The notes under the pieces: model-generated
Seen by the model: only the letters and a program-made list of their open reading frames with translations
Database searches by the model: none
Told to the model about the DNA's origin: nothing
DNA from: Planctomycetota bacterium
GTDB taxonomy: Bacteria > Planctomycetota > UBA1135 > UBA2386
DNA: 64,000 nucleotides
Reading direction: 5' to 3'
Assembly: GCA_046290465.1 (NCBI GenBank)
Contig: JBKAGP010000001.1
Location: 5,280,001-5,344,000, forward strand
Made by a program: the position numbers and the translations under genes
In this document: piece by piece, positions 27,214 to 36,405 of the stretch
Layout of the letters: each line of letters begins with the position of its first letter
Position numbering within the stretch: the first letter of the stretch is position 1

Positions 27214-29691
27214 ATGCGCGCTCCCGTTCCGTCGTCTCGCCTGCCGATCCTGTTGTCCGTCCTGCTGGCTACCGGATGCGGCGGTGGCGGCGGAGGTTCC
27301 GCGCCGCCGCCGGTCGATCCCGGGCCGCAGCCGAAGCCGACGATCGAGCCGCAGCAGTGGGGACCGCTGCCGCCAGGGCCGCGCGGACCCGGCGAGATCG
27401 TCGGCGGAGCGACGATGCCGGCCATCGAAGTCGCGAATTCCGGTGTGGAAAGAACGGGCACCTGGCGCGCTTCGGTGCCGTTCGCGTGGGGGCAGGTCAG
27501 CACGCTCGACGGTCTCGGCGTTACGGGGCAGCAGACGGCCTGGCACGTGCTGCAGCGGTGGCCGGACCAGTCGATCCGGGTCGCACAGGCGCAGTGGACG
27601 CAGACGTTGCCGGCATCGAGCGTGGCCACGGTGACGATCGACCACGCGACCACGATGGTTGGGCCGTTCGTGCCGCACCCGGTGTTCGCTGGTGGGTTGC
27701 CGGAGTTGGGCAGCCGGGTCGTCGACCGCTTCGGGATCGCCTACCACGCCGAGATCGCCGGTGCTGGCGAGGTGTTGCAGCAGAGTCCGCTGGTGCGCGT
27801 GCGTCGCTGGCGCACGCACCATCGCACCGCGCCGGCCGTCGGCATCGATCGCGACTTCCTGTCGTCGACGTTCTACGTCACCGAACTGCATGACGAGCCG
27901 GTGGTGCTGGTCGACTGGCTGCTCGGCAACGACTACCTCGGCGAGGACCAGCCGAACGGCAGCTCCGATCCCGATCTCTATCCGCTCGGCGACGTCGACG
28001 TCGAGGCGGCCTCGTTCCGCTTCCGTGGCGCCGACCTCGGGCTCGCGTATCGCGGCGCCGAGCACGGCGTCGGCCCGGCGAGCAGCGACCCCGACGGCTT
28101 CGTCTCGCGCCGAGTCATGAGCGCGACCTGGCTGGCCGACGGGCAGACGCGGCGCTACCGCTTCCTGCTCTATCGCGACGATCCTGCGGCGACGACGCCG
28201 CAGCTGCAGCAGGCGCGCGCGGCCGCCGAGGCGCGGGTGGCGACGCCGGTGCGCACGCTCGCGACGCACCAGAGCTGGCGCGACACGCATGCGCTCGGGT
28301 TGCTCGGAGGGCCGGGACAACCGCCGAGCGACGCCGCGCAGCGTGCGGCCGTGGCCTGGAGCGACTGGTCGTCGGCGGCGCACTTCGGCACCTGGGGTTC
28401 GCGCGGCGATCCGCTGGTCACCGGGCAGACCGGTACGCCGCGCAACCACCCGCTGTCGCCGGAGCTGGCGCACGCGGTGCAGTCGCGCGACCTGCGTATG
28501 CTGACGGTGCTCGAGCAGAAGGCGTGGATCCAGGCGGCGCGGCCGTACCACCTGTTCGGCCTGAGCGTGCACCAGCTCGGCGGCGTGCTGCTGTGGAGCG
28601 GGGTGCCGGGCCCGCAGGACCTGTCGCCCGAGTCGTTCGGTCGGCGGCGGTTGCGCGAGCAGGGGCTCTACGACGACTACCGGCAACACGCCAACGGCGC
28701 CGACCGGGCGCACGGGTTCGAGCCGTTCGACGTCGAGCACTGGTCGACGGACCTGTTGTTCGACTACTGGACCGTCAGCGGCGACGAATGGGCGCGCGAG
28801 GAGCTCCGGCAGCTCGGCGAGAGCCTGCGCGGCGTGCTGCGGCTCAACGGCTTCTACACCAGCGATGCGTTGGCGGCGCGCGCCGAGGGCTGGTGCATGC
28901 AGTCGTTCGTGCACGCGTTCCTCGCGACCGGCGACCTGCGCTTTCGCGACGCTGCGCTCGACCGCGCGCACGGGGTCGTCGATCGCGACCGCGTCGCCGA
29001 CGGCGCCTACCGGGCCCTGTTCGTCAGCGGCACCGATCCGCGCACCAACTGGCCGGGCCCGCACCGCTTCTACATGCCGTGGCAGCACGGCGCGGTGCTG
29101 TTCGGCTACCTCGCCGCATGGAAGTTCTTCGGTGATCCGCTGCTGCTGACGATCTGCGACGACGTCACCTACGGGGTCGCGCACGGCTGGGTGCAGAACG
29201 TCGGTCACCCGCAGTTCGGCTTCGTCGTCGACGGGCTGCGCTACTACGTGCCGGTCGGCTACCAGGGCCAGGCCGTCGCGCCCTCGGTGTTCGACGCCAG
29301 CCACGAGATCTCGTTCGGCGACGACCCGCTCGGCGGCGCCCACTCGCTGCTCGCCACCGGCCTGCTGATGCTGTCGCAGACCTCCGCCGACCCGCAGCGC
29401 CGCCTCGTCGCGCAACAGTACGGCCAGCTGCTGCTCCCGACCCTCGACGACGACGCGCGCTGGAACAAGTGGTTCTACTGCACACCCCCACCCTGGAACC
29501 CCTTGCCCCAAGAGGCGCAACATGAACCCGGTTCCGTATGCGGCCCAAACACCGCATACGGAACCGGGTTCATGTTGCGCCTTCTTGGGGCTAGATGGTG
29601 TTCTCGACGGGGGTGGGGGAACGGCGCGGCAGCGGCAGGAGCATTGGCACGCGGCGTTGGTAGGAGGCGTAGTCGGGGCCGTGTGCGCTGA
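27214..29691 (+). CDS. Large lipoprotein, possibly PcRGLX/YetA-like (RIFT barrel plus alpha/alpha toroid); C-terminus reads through a palindromic element
   Basis: Lipobox LATGC plus poly-Gly; ASVPFAWG..LQRWPDQSIR; DYWTVSGD, FLATGD, MPWQHG. Confidence 0.6.
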   Translation: MRAPVPSSRLPILLSVLLATGCGGGGGGSAPPPVDPGPQPKPTIEPQQWGPLPPGPRGPGEIVGGATMPAIEVANSGVERTGTWRASVPFAWGQVSTLDGLGVTGQQTAWHVLQRWPDQSIRVAQAQWTQTLPASSVATVTIDHATTMVGPFVPHPVFAGGLPELGSRVVDRFGIAYHAEIAGAGEVLQQSPLVRVRRWRTHHRTAPAVGIDRDFLSSTFYVTELHDEPVVLVDWLLGNDYLGEDQPNGSSDPDLYPLGDVDVEAASFRFRGADLGLAYRGAEHGVGPASSDPDGFVSRRVMSATWLADGQTRRYRFLLYRDDPAATTPQLQQARAAAEARVATPVRTLATHQSWRDTHALGLLGGPGQPPSDAAQRAAVAWSDWSSAAHFGTWGSRGDPLVTGQTGTPRNHPLSPELAHAVQSRDLRMLTVLEQKAWIQAARPYHLFGLSVHQLGGVLLWSGVPGPQDLSPESFGRRRLREQGLYDDYRQHANGADRAHGFEPFDVEHWSTDLLFDYWTVSGDEWAREELRQLGESLRGVLRLNGFYTSDALAARAEGWCMQSFVHAFLATGDLRFRDAALDRAHGVVDRDRVADGAYRALFVSGTDPRTNWPGPHRFYMPWQHGAVLFGYLAAWKFFGDPLLLTICDDVTYGVAHGWVQNVGHPQFGFVVDGLRYYVPVGYQGQAVAPSVFDASHEISFGDDPLGGAHSLLATGLLMLSQTSADPQRRLVAQQYGQLLLPTLDDDARWNKWFYCTPPPWNPLPQEAQHEPGSVCGPNTAYGTGFMLRLLGARWCSRRGWGNGAAAAGALARGVGRRRSRGRVR
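29505..29591. repeat. REP-like long inverted repeat (31-bp perfect stem, 8-nt loop, plus 8-bp outer extension)
   Basis: 29513-29543 aggcgcaacatgaacccggttccgtatgcgg is the exact reverse complement of 29552-29582. Confidence 0.9.
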
Positions 29692-30343
29692 GCAGGTCGC
29701 GCTCCTCGATCTGCAGGGCGATCAGGATGTAGACGGTGTAGGTGGCGGCGAACACCAGGCCGCCGACGGTCATCGTCGGCACCGACCAGAACGACAGTAG
29801 CATGCCGAACATCAGCGGGTGGCGCATGTAGCGGTAGAAGCCCTTCTCGGCGAAGCGCGGCGGCTCGAACGCGCGGCCGCGGAAGGCGGCGATGGTCTGC
29901 TTGACCCCGAACAGTTCGAAGTGGTCGATCAGGAACGTCGACAGCACGGCGATCAGCCAGCCGAGCCCGAACACCGACCACGCGACGGTCGCGAGCACGC
30001 CGTCGAGCTGCCAGACGACGTCCGGCAGCGGCCGCCATTGCCAGTAGAGCAAGGCCAGCACGGCGACGGTCGCCAGCACGAACGTGCTGCGCTCGATCGC
30101 CGGCGGCACCAGCGTGCGCAGCCACCGCTTGAACGGCTGGCGGGCCATGACGCCGTGCTGCACGCCGAACAGCGTGATCAGCCCGACGTTGATCAGCACG
30201 CTGGTCGCGAGCCCGCTCTGCGGACCGCCCGCGGCGACCGTGGTCGGGACCAACAGGTTCGCGAGGAACGCGATCAGGTAGACGAACGAGGCGTGGAAGC
30301 CGAGGTAGGCGAACAGGCCGTAGCCGAGGATGAAGAAGCGCAT
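29591..30343 (-). CDS. mddA: Methanethiol S-methyltransferase MddA (ICMT/PEMT family)
   Basis: QHGVMARQPFKRW; IERSTFVL; YWQWRPL; STFLIDHFELFG; YRYMRHPLM; PTMT; EERDL. Confidence 0.85.
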   Translation of the reverse strand: MRFFILGYGLFAYLGFHASFVYLIAFLANLLVPTTVAAGGPQSGLATSVLINVGLITLFGVQHGVMARQPFKRWLRTLVPPAIERSTFVLATVAVLALLYWQWRPLPDVVWQLDGVLATVAWSVFGLGWLIAVLSTFLIDHFELFGVKQTIAAFRGRAFEPPRFAEKGFYRYMRHPLMFGMLLSFWSVPTMTVGGLVFAATYTVYILIALQIEERDLLSAHGPDYASYQRRVPMLLPLPRRSPTPVENTI

Positions 30344-30375
30344 TGGAGTCCTGGAAGGAAAGGTGTTTCCTCCCA

Positions 30376-30404
30376 AGGCGCAGGACCGGCCCGGCGCCGG
30401 CCAG
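30376..30404 (-). promoter_or_regulatory. Putative ECF promoter CTGGCCGG-N14-TGCGCCT upstream of mddA
   Basis: Identical bipartite motif and spacing at 34018-34046 and 36469-36497. Confidence 0.7.
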
Positions 30405-30410
30405 ACTTCG

Positions 30411-30929
30411 TCAGTCGCCGGCCAGACGGCGGTAGAGCCACGCCCGCGCGAACGCCCACTCGCGGCGAACGGTGCGCTCGGACAACGTCATCGCGTCGGC
30501 GACCGCGGCCTCGTCGAGGCCGGCGAAGAACCGCAGCCGCACCACTTCGGCGGCGCGCTGGTTGATGTTCTGCAGCTCGGCGATCGCCTCGTCGATCGCC
30601 ATCACCTCGGTGACGTCCGCGGTCTGCGCGACCTCGGCGAGGTCGAGCGACAGCTTCTTCAGGTCGGGGCCGCCGCGCTTCTTGGCGCCGCGGCGCCGCG
30701 CGTGGTCGATCAGGATGCGCCGCATCGACTCGGCGGCCATCGAGTAGAACCGTGCCGGGTCGCCGCGCACGCCCTCGAGGCGGTCGCGCATCGACAGCCA
30801 CGCCTCGTTGACCAGCGCGGTCGCCTGCAGCGTGTGCCCGTCGCGTTCGCCGGCCATCTGCTTGCGCGCCAGCGCGCGCAGCTTGTCGTGGATGGCCGTC
30901 AGCTGGATGTCGTCGGTCGGTTCGGTCAC
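30411..30929 (-). CDS. ECF sigma factor, TIGR02999 (Planctomycete/kinase-associated) type
   Basis: GHTLQATALVNEAWL; MRRILIDHARRR; AEVVRLRFFAGL; SERTVRREWAFARAWL; GTGA overlap with the kinase. Confidence 0.92.
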   Translation of the reverse strand: MTEPTDDIQLTAIHDKLRALARKQMAGERDGHTLQATALVNEAWLSMRDRLEGVRGDPARFYSMAAESMRRILIDHARRRGAKKRGGPDLKKLSLDLAEVAQTADVTEVMAIDEAIAELQNINQRAAEVVRLRFFAGLDEAAVADAMTLSERTVRREWAFARAWLYRRLAGD

Positions 30930-33900
30930 CGTTGCATCGCCTGCAGTTCGTGCTGCCATCGTCGTGCCTCGTCGTCGAGTTGCAGTCGTCGCGCCATGTC
31001 GCGCGCGGCCTCGACCAGCCCGCGCCGATACGCGGCGCTGTACGGGCGCCGCGACGCGAAGTCCCGTGCGGCATCGGCGAGCCGGTCGTAGTGTTCGCGG
31101 CGGGGTTCGTCGCCCGCCGCACAGCGCGCGGCGATGGCCTGCGCCATGCAGCCGATCCACGAGCCCCGGTGCGCTTCGGGCAGCCGCGCGAAGCCCTCGT
31201 CGGCGCAGCGCGCGGCGCCCTCGAGGTCGCCCTGGTCGAACTGCAGCATCGCCTGCGTGACGCGCGTCTCGCACCAGCCGATGGTCCGGTCCTGCACCTT
31301 CGAGAACACCGACAGCGCCTCGTCGAGCAGCTTCGCGGCCTCGTCGTCGCGGCCGAGCATGCGCAGCACGACGGCGCGGTCCTTGAGCGTCACGCCGAGG
31401 TAGGGGTGCGGTTCGGAGTAGGCGCGACGCAGCAGTCGTTCGGACCAGGCCAGCATCTCGTCGGCGGTCTCGGCGTCGCCGCGCGCGGCGACGATCATCG
31501 CCAGGATCGACGTGCCGACCCCGAGCTGCGGATGGCCCTTGGGCAAGGTTCGCTGGCGCATCGCCATCACCCGGCGCATGGTCGCGTCCGCCTGCGGCAG
31601 GCGACCGGTCAGCTCGAACAGGCGGGCCTGGTTCTGCAGGATCATCGCCGTCGTCGGGTGGTCGCTCGGCAGCAGCTGCTGCAGCTTCTCGATCGCCGCG
31701 GCGTAGCCGGCCTCGGCCTCCTCGTAGCGCTTCAGCCGCATCAGGGCCAACGCATGGTTGGCGCGCGTGATCGCCGGGTTGACGCCGACGCGCTGGTCCG
31801 CCTCGATCGCGCGGCGGTAGAGCTTCTCCGCGGTTTCGAAGTCGCCGCGCGCCTCGCTGATGCCGGCGAGGTTGTTGATGCTGCTGATGGTGCGCTGGTC
31901 GCGTTCGCCGACGAACTCGCGCCGCTGCTCGAGCGCCTCGCGGTGGGCCGCCTCGGCATCGTCGTTGCGCCCGCGCCGCCAGTGGATGTCGCCGAGCCGC
32001 GCCAGCGCGTTGGCGACCCGCAGGTGGCGCGCGCCGTACTTGAGGCGCAGGCCCTCGATCAGTTCGCGCTGCAGCCGCTCGGCCTCGTCGAGCTGGCTGC
32101 GTTCGATCTGGATCAGGACCCTGGTCTCGAGCGCCGAGAGCAGCGCGTCCTCGGTCTTCTGGTCGCCCTGCAGCAGCGCCGTCGCCCGTTCGACGTGCTC
32201 CAGCGCCTCGTCGTAGCGACCCAGGTGGCGCGCGCAGTCGGCGAGCAACGCGTGGTCGCCGCCGCAGGTTGCGGCATCCGCACCGAGCGCGTCGCCGTGG
32301 ATCTGCAGCGCCCGCAGGGCGGTCTTGCGCGCACCTTCGTGGTCGCCGCGATCGTGCTGCAGCCACGCCCATGCGCGCAGGCTGTCGGCGACCAGGCTGT
32401 GCTGCCCGCCGAGTTCCTGTTCGCGCAGCTCGAGGGCGCGCTGCAGGTGCACCTCGGCCTTGTCCAGCAAACCGAGGTTGCGATACGCGGTGCCCACCGT
32501 CGTGCGGATCGCCGCGGCGACGGTCGCATCGGTGTCGAGGGCCGGCGCGTCGCGGTCGAACTCGTCGAGCAGCTGCCGAACGGTCATGTCCGGCCGGCGC
32601 GGCGCGTGCGGATCGGACGCGACCAGCATGCTCTGCATCAGGCCGGCGATCACGCCGGCACGTTCGGCCTGCAGCGCGACCTCGGTCTTCTCGGCGCGGA
32701 CCTGGTCGAGCGCCGCCGCCGTGTCCCGCTCGGACGCGACCGCGCGGTCGAGCGCCAGCGACGTGGTCACGACGCCGGCGAGCAGCGCCACGAACACGAC
32801 GGCGACCGCCGAGGCGAGGCCCCGGTGGCGGCGCAGGAACTTCCAGGCGCGATAGCCGGCGGTCGGCGGCCCGGCGTCGACCGGCTCGTCGTCGAGGTAG
32901 CGGCGCACGTCCTCGGCGAGCGCCCGCGCCGTCGGATAGCGCCGCACGCGCTGCTTGTCGAGCGCGCGCATCGCGATCCAGTCGAGCTCGCCGCGGATCA
33001 CCCGGCCGAGGCGGGCCGGATCGGTGCGCCGGCTCTGCGCGACGACGCCGAGCCGTTCGCCGAGCGAACTGACCCGCGTGCTCGGCTTGGGCGGGTCGAC
33101 CTCGCGCACGTGGCGCAACATCTCGTCGTAGCCGTGCTGCAGCAGTTCTTGCGCGTCGAACGGCTTGGTGCCGGTCAGCAGCTCGTAGAGCACCACGCCG
33201 AGGCTGTAGACGTCGGCCCGCGTGTCGACGTCGAGGCCGCTCATCTCGGCCTGCTCGGGCGCCATGTATTCGGGCGTGCCGATCATCTGCCGGAACTGCG
33301 TGAACAGCGTGCGCTGGGTCAGCTCCTGCGTGGTCGCCTTGGCGACGCCGAAGTCGATCACCTTCGGAACCGGCACCCCGTCGTGCATCGTCACCAGGAT
33401 GTTCGACGGCTTCAGGTCCCGGTGGATGATGCCCTTCTGGTGGGCGTGCTGCACGGCGAGGCAGATCGACTGGAACAGCTCCAGTCGCGACGGCGTGTCG
33501 AGGTTGGCCTTGTCGCAGTACTCGGTGACCGGCATGCCGCGCACCAGCTCCATGACGAAGTAGGGCCGGCCCGAGCCGGTCGCGCCGCCGTCGAGCACCT
33601 TGGCGATGTTCGGGTGGTCCATCAGCGCCAGCGCCTGCCGCTCCGCCTCGAAGCGCGCGACGACCTGGCGGGTGTCCATGCCGAGCTTGATGATCTTCAC
33701 CGCGACGCGGCGACGGATCGGCTCCTGTTGCTCGGCCATCCAGACGACGCCGAAGCCGCCTTCGCCGATGCGTTCGAGCAGTCGGTAGCGATCGATCTGG
33801 TCGCCCTCCTGCTCGCCCGGCAGCTGCGGTGGCTCGGCCAGGAACTCGTCGGCTTCGTCGAACGCCGCGAGCAGCGAGCGCACCTCGTCGCGCACCGCGT

Positions 33901-34006
33901 GGTCGTCGCAGGCCTCCTCGAGGAAGCCCGTGCGTTCGTCGCGGTCGAGATCGAGGGCGCGCTGGAACAGGTCCTGCACCGTGTCGTTGCGGTCGGGGGA
34001 GACCAT
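30926..34006 (-). CDS. Membrane Ser/Thr protein kinase with extracytoplasmic TPR repeats
   Basis: GEGGFG; VAVK; HRDLKPSN; DFG; GTPEYMAPE; TM helix; TPR array. Confidence 0.95.
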   Translation of the reverse strand: MVSPDRNDTVQDLFQRALDLDRDERTGFLEEACDDHAVRDEVRSLLAAFDEADEFLAEPPQLPGEQEGDQIDRYRLLERIGEGGFGVVWMAEQQEPIRRRVAVKIIKLGMDTRQVVARFEAERQALALMDHPNIAKVLDGGATGSGRPYFVMELVRGMPVTEYCDKANLDTPSRLELFQSICLAVQHAHQKGIIHRDLKPSNILVTMHDGVPVPKVIDFGVAKATTQELTQRTLFTQFRQMIGTPEYMAPEQAEMSGLDVDTRADVYSLGVVLYELLTGTKPFDAQELLQHGYDEMLRHVREVDPPKPSTRVSSLGERLGVVAQSRRTDPARLGRVIRGELDWIAMRALDKQRVRRYPTARALAEDVRRYLDDEPVDAGPPTAGYRAWKFLRRHRGLASAVAVVFVALLAGVVTTSLALDRAVASERDTAAALDQVRAEKTEVALQAERAGVIAGLMQSMLVASDPHAPRRPDMTVRQLLDEFDRDAPALDTDATVAAAIRTTVGTAYRNLGLLDKAEVHLQRALELREQELGGQHSLVADSLRAWAWLQHDRGDHEGARKTALRALQIHGDALGADAATCGGDHALLADCARHLGRYDEALEHVERATALLQGDQKTEDALLSALETRVLIQIERSQLDEAERLQRELIEGLRLKYGARHLRVANALARLGDIHWRRGRNDDAEAAHREALEQRREFVGERDQRTISSINNLAGISEARGDFETAEKLYRRAIEADQRVGVNPAITRANHALALMRLKRYEEAEAGYAAAIEKLQQLLPSDHPTTAMILQNQARLFELTGRLPQADATMRRVMAMRQRTLPKGHPQLGVGTSILAMIVAARGDAETADEMLAWSERLLRRAYSEPHPYLGVTLKDRAVVLRMLGRDDEAAKLLDEALSVFSKVQDRTIGWCETRVTQAMLQFDQGDLEGAARCADEGFARLPEAHRGSWIGCMAQAIAARCAAGDEPRREHYDRLADAARDFASRRPYSAAYRRGLVEAARDMARRLQLDDEARRWQHELQAMQR

Positions 34007-34017
34007 GGCAGCACGAT

Positions 34018-34046
34018 AGGCGCAGGAACGCGCCGGCGCCGGCCAG
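34018..34046 (-). promoter_or_regulatory. Putative ECF promoter CTGGCCGG-N14-TGCGCCT upstream of the kinase-ECF operon
   Basis: Same motif as at 30376 and 36469; 11 nt before ATG 34006. Confidence 0.7.
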
Positions 34047-34086
34047 GCTTTCGCCCGGCCAGCGAGATTGCCGCAAGTGGTTGCGG

Positions 34087-36405
34087 CTACTTGCCGAACG
34101 GCGTGCGCAGGCCGTGCGTGGCGAGAATTCCGGCGGGGTTGGCGCCGGTTTCGAGCACGAACCACTGCGTGAACAGCTCGAACGGGCCCATCGCGCTCGG
34201 GATCGCCAGCGTGATCTCGGCGTCGCCGACGTTGTCGGCATACATCAGCACGGTGCCGAGCAGGTTCGGCGCCGTCGGGTCGACCGACAGCACGCAGCCG
34301 GTCATGCCGAGGGAGTCGAGCGGCGCGTTCGCCGGCGCCAGCGACGCGCCGAAGATCACGAAGCGACCCGGCAGGGCGGTGTCGACGCGGAACGTCTCCC
34401 ACTCGCTGCCGATGTGCTGCGTGCCCTGGTGGCTGACGTTCGCGTTGGCGCAGTTGCTGCCGAGCAGCGTCGGCGGCGTCAGCGCGACGTAGTTCTGCCA
34501 CGTGGCCCAGATCGGCTGGGTCGCGCTGCCGTTGTCGACGCCGAAGGCCAGCGCGAAGCGGTTGCTGACCGGGTCGTAGCAGATGCCGCCGTCCTCGGGC
34601 GTGGAGCCGGCGACCGCCCACGCGGTGTTCTGCTCCGAGACCATGCCGTCGTAGCCGAGCTTGCTCGCCTGGACGGTGCCGGCGCCGTAGTCGCTCGTCA
34701 GCACGCTCCAGTGCGAACCCGAGTCGAGGTCGAACGCGCAGTCGGCGACCTGCATCGTGAACAGCGGCGTGGTGGCGAGCACCTGCGCCGGGTGCGGCAG
34801 GGTGCCGTTCTGGGCGCTGTGCTCCCAGTCGAGGCGGCGCGCGACGACCTCGTCACCCTGGATGTTCAGCGGCTTGTTCGCGGTGTTGTCGCGGCGGGCG
34901 TAGCTGACCAGGTAGCGGCCGTCGGCGCCGGCGACCTTCGGGCTGAGCTCGTGCTCGCTGCCGGTCGCGATGCTGCGCACGTTGCCGAGGTTGCCGAACG
35001 TCGCCTGGACCCGCTGGGCCAGCACGTTCCAGGTGCTCGACGAGGCGTTGCCGTGCAGCTGCCAGGCGACGACCCACGAGTATTCGATGCCGCCCTCGGC
35101 GGCCTGGTTGACCGACGGGTGCTCCTTGTCGGTGACGACGCTGCTGTTGCCGATGACGAACGTGCTGCCGTCGACCGCGCCGTTGAGGCCGCTCGAGACG
35201 TCGACGCGGAAGCCGACGATCTCGCTGTCCGCGACGTTGGCGAAGAACGGGTTCGACTCACGCTGGTAGACGATCAGCACGTGGTTGCCGATCGACATCG
35301 CGCGGCTGCCGCCGACGTCCGGCCGCCACTGGTGCGTCGCCGACGCGTACGGTGCCGAGCCGTAGTTGGTGTTGAACGACGCGCTGCTCTTGGCGTGCGT
35401 GTGCCAGCGCACGCGGCGCGTGTTGCTGACCGGGAACTCGCGGGTGAACGCGGCCACGACCTTGCCGGCGCCGCTGCCGCCGGTGCCGGCGAGCTGGCCC
35501 TCGGTCGCGCTCCAGGTGCTCTGCAGGTCGCTGAACACGACCGCGTTGGGGCCGGACAGGCTGGCCTGGTTGCGGGTAACGATCAGGTCGCGGTCGGTCG
35601 CCGACGAAGCGCGGGAGAACACCAGCCAGACGTTGCTGCTGCTCTGCTCGGCATCGACGAACAGGTCGACGTGCTCGACCTCGTTGCCGGTGTCGAGCAG
35701 CGAGTTGCCGAGCAGCGGGTCGACGACCAGCGGGAAGGCGGCGCGGTCGACGTCGGCGGCGCCGAGGCGCAGGCGCACGGTGCCGTCGCGCAGCGAGGTC
35801 GTCATCGGGAAGCGGCGGCCGTAGGCATCGATTGCGATCGCGACGCCGTAGCGCACGACCTCGCGGCCGTTGGCGTCGACGAAGGCGAGCGGGGCGTGCG
35901 CGGCGCCGCGGCGTGCCGAGGTGGTGGTGCCGGTGACGGCCCCGTCGATGACGAGGTCCCCGGACGCGTTCGGCCGCTGCGAGAACACGAACGTCTGCTC
36001 GAGGCCGTCGGTGCGCACGTCGTAGGCCTCGACGACGGTGCCGAAGTGGTACTCGTAGCGGAAGTCGCCGACCTGGTGCGGCTCGGGCAGCTGCTGCACG
36101 AGCTCCCGTTCGCCGACGCGCACGGAGGTCGTGCGCCAGTGCAGCGTCTCGTTGTGCGGGGCGGACGCGCCGAGCACCGGCACGAACGTCATGCCGTCGT
36201 GGAACGACACCTTGTAGTCGGGGCCCGCGGCCCAGATGCCGTAGTCGCCGCCGACGGGGTCGGGGTCGGCGCCGTGGATCGGGACCCGCAGGTCGGTGGC
36301 GACCGCCTGCGCGTTCGTGGTGGCGTCGCCGTTGGTCGGCGACTGCGCCGCCAGCGTGGCGGCTGCAGCGAGGATCGAGAAGAACGGAATCGAGCGGATG
36401 TTCAT
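34087..36405 (-). CDS. Large secreted protein with N-terminal (Y/F)PLVVDP-type domain and lineage-typical C-terminal domain
   Basis: Signal peptide ending AAQ; DGLEQTFVF; FPLVVDPLL; C-terminal LGMTGCVLSVDP..QWFVL..NPAGILATHG. Confidence 0.75.
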   Translation of the reverse strand: MNIRSIPFFSILAAAATLAAQSPTNGDATTNAQAVATDLRVPIHGADPDPVGGDYGIWAAGPDYKVSFHDGMTFVPVLGASAPHNETLHWRTTSVRVGERELVQQLPEPHQVGDFRYEYHFGTVVEAYDVRTDGLEQTFVFSQRPNASGDLVIDGAVTGTTTSARRGAAHAPLAFVDANGREVVRYGVAIAIDAYGRRFPMTTSLRDGTVRLRLGAADVDRAAFPLVVDPLLGNSLLDTGNEVEHVDLFVDAEQSSSNVWLVFSRASSATDRDLIVTRNQASLSGPNAVVFSDLQSTWSATEGQLAGTGGSGAGKVVAAFTREFPVSNTRRVRWHTHAKSSASFNTNYGSAPYASATHQWRPDVGGSRAMSIGNHVLIVYQRESNPFFANVADSEIVGFRVDVSSGLNGAVDGSTFVIGNSSVVTDKEHPSVNQAAEGGIEYSWVVAWQLHGNASSSTWNVLAQRVQATFGNLGNVRSIATGSEHELSPKVAGADGRYLVSYARRDNTANKPLNIQGDEVVARRLDWEHSAQNGTLPHPAQVLATTPLFTMQVADCAFDLDSGSHWSVLTSDYGAGTVQASKLGYDGMVSEQNTAWAVAGSTPEDGGICYDPVSNRFALAFGVDNGSATQPIWATWQNYVALTPPTLLGSNCANANVSHQGTQHIGSEWETFRVDTALPGRFVIFGASLAPANAPLDSLGMTGCVLSVDPTAPNLLGTVLMYADNVGDAEITLAIPSAMGPFELFTQWFVLETGANPAGILATHGLRTPFGK

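Noticed and set aside
29505..29591. Long hairpin as IS terminal inverted repeats or a tRNA/ncRNA
   Set aside because: Only an 8-nt loop, no transposase and no cloverleaf; kept as a REP-like repeat.
30932..34492. 1186-aa plus-strand ORF, and the 1276-aa minus ORF 30411-34241
   Set aside because: The first is antisense to the kinase. In the second only the last 172 aa (ECF) are real; the rest is an alternate frame of the kinase.
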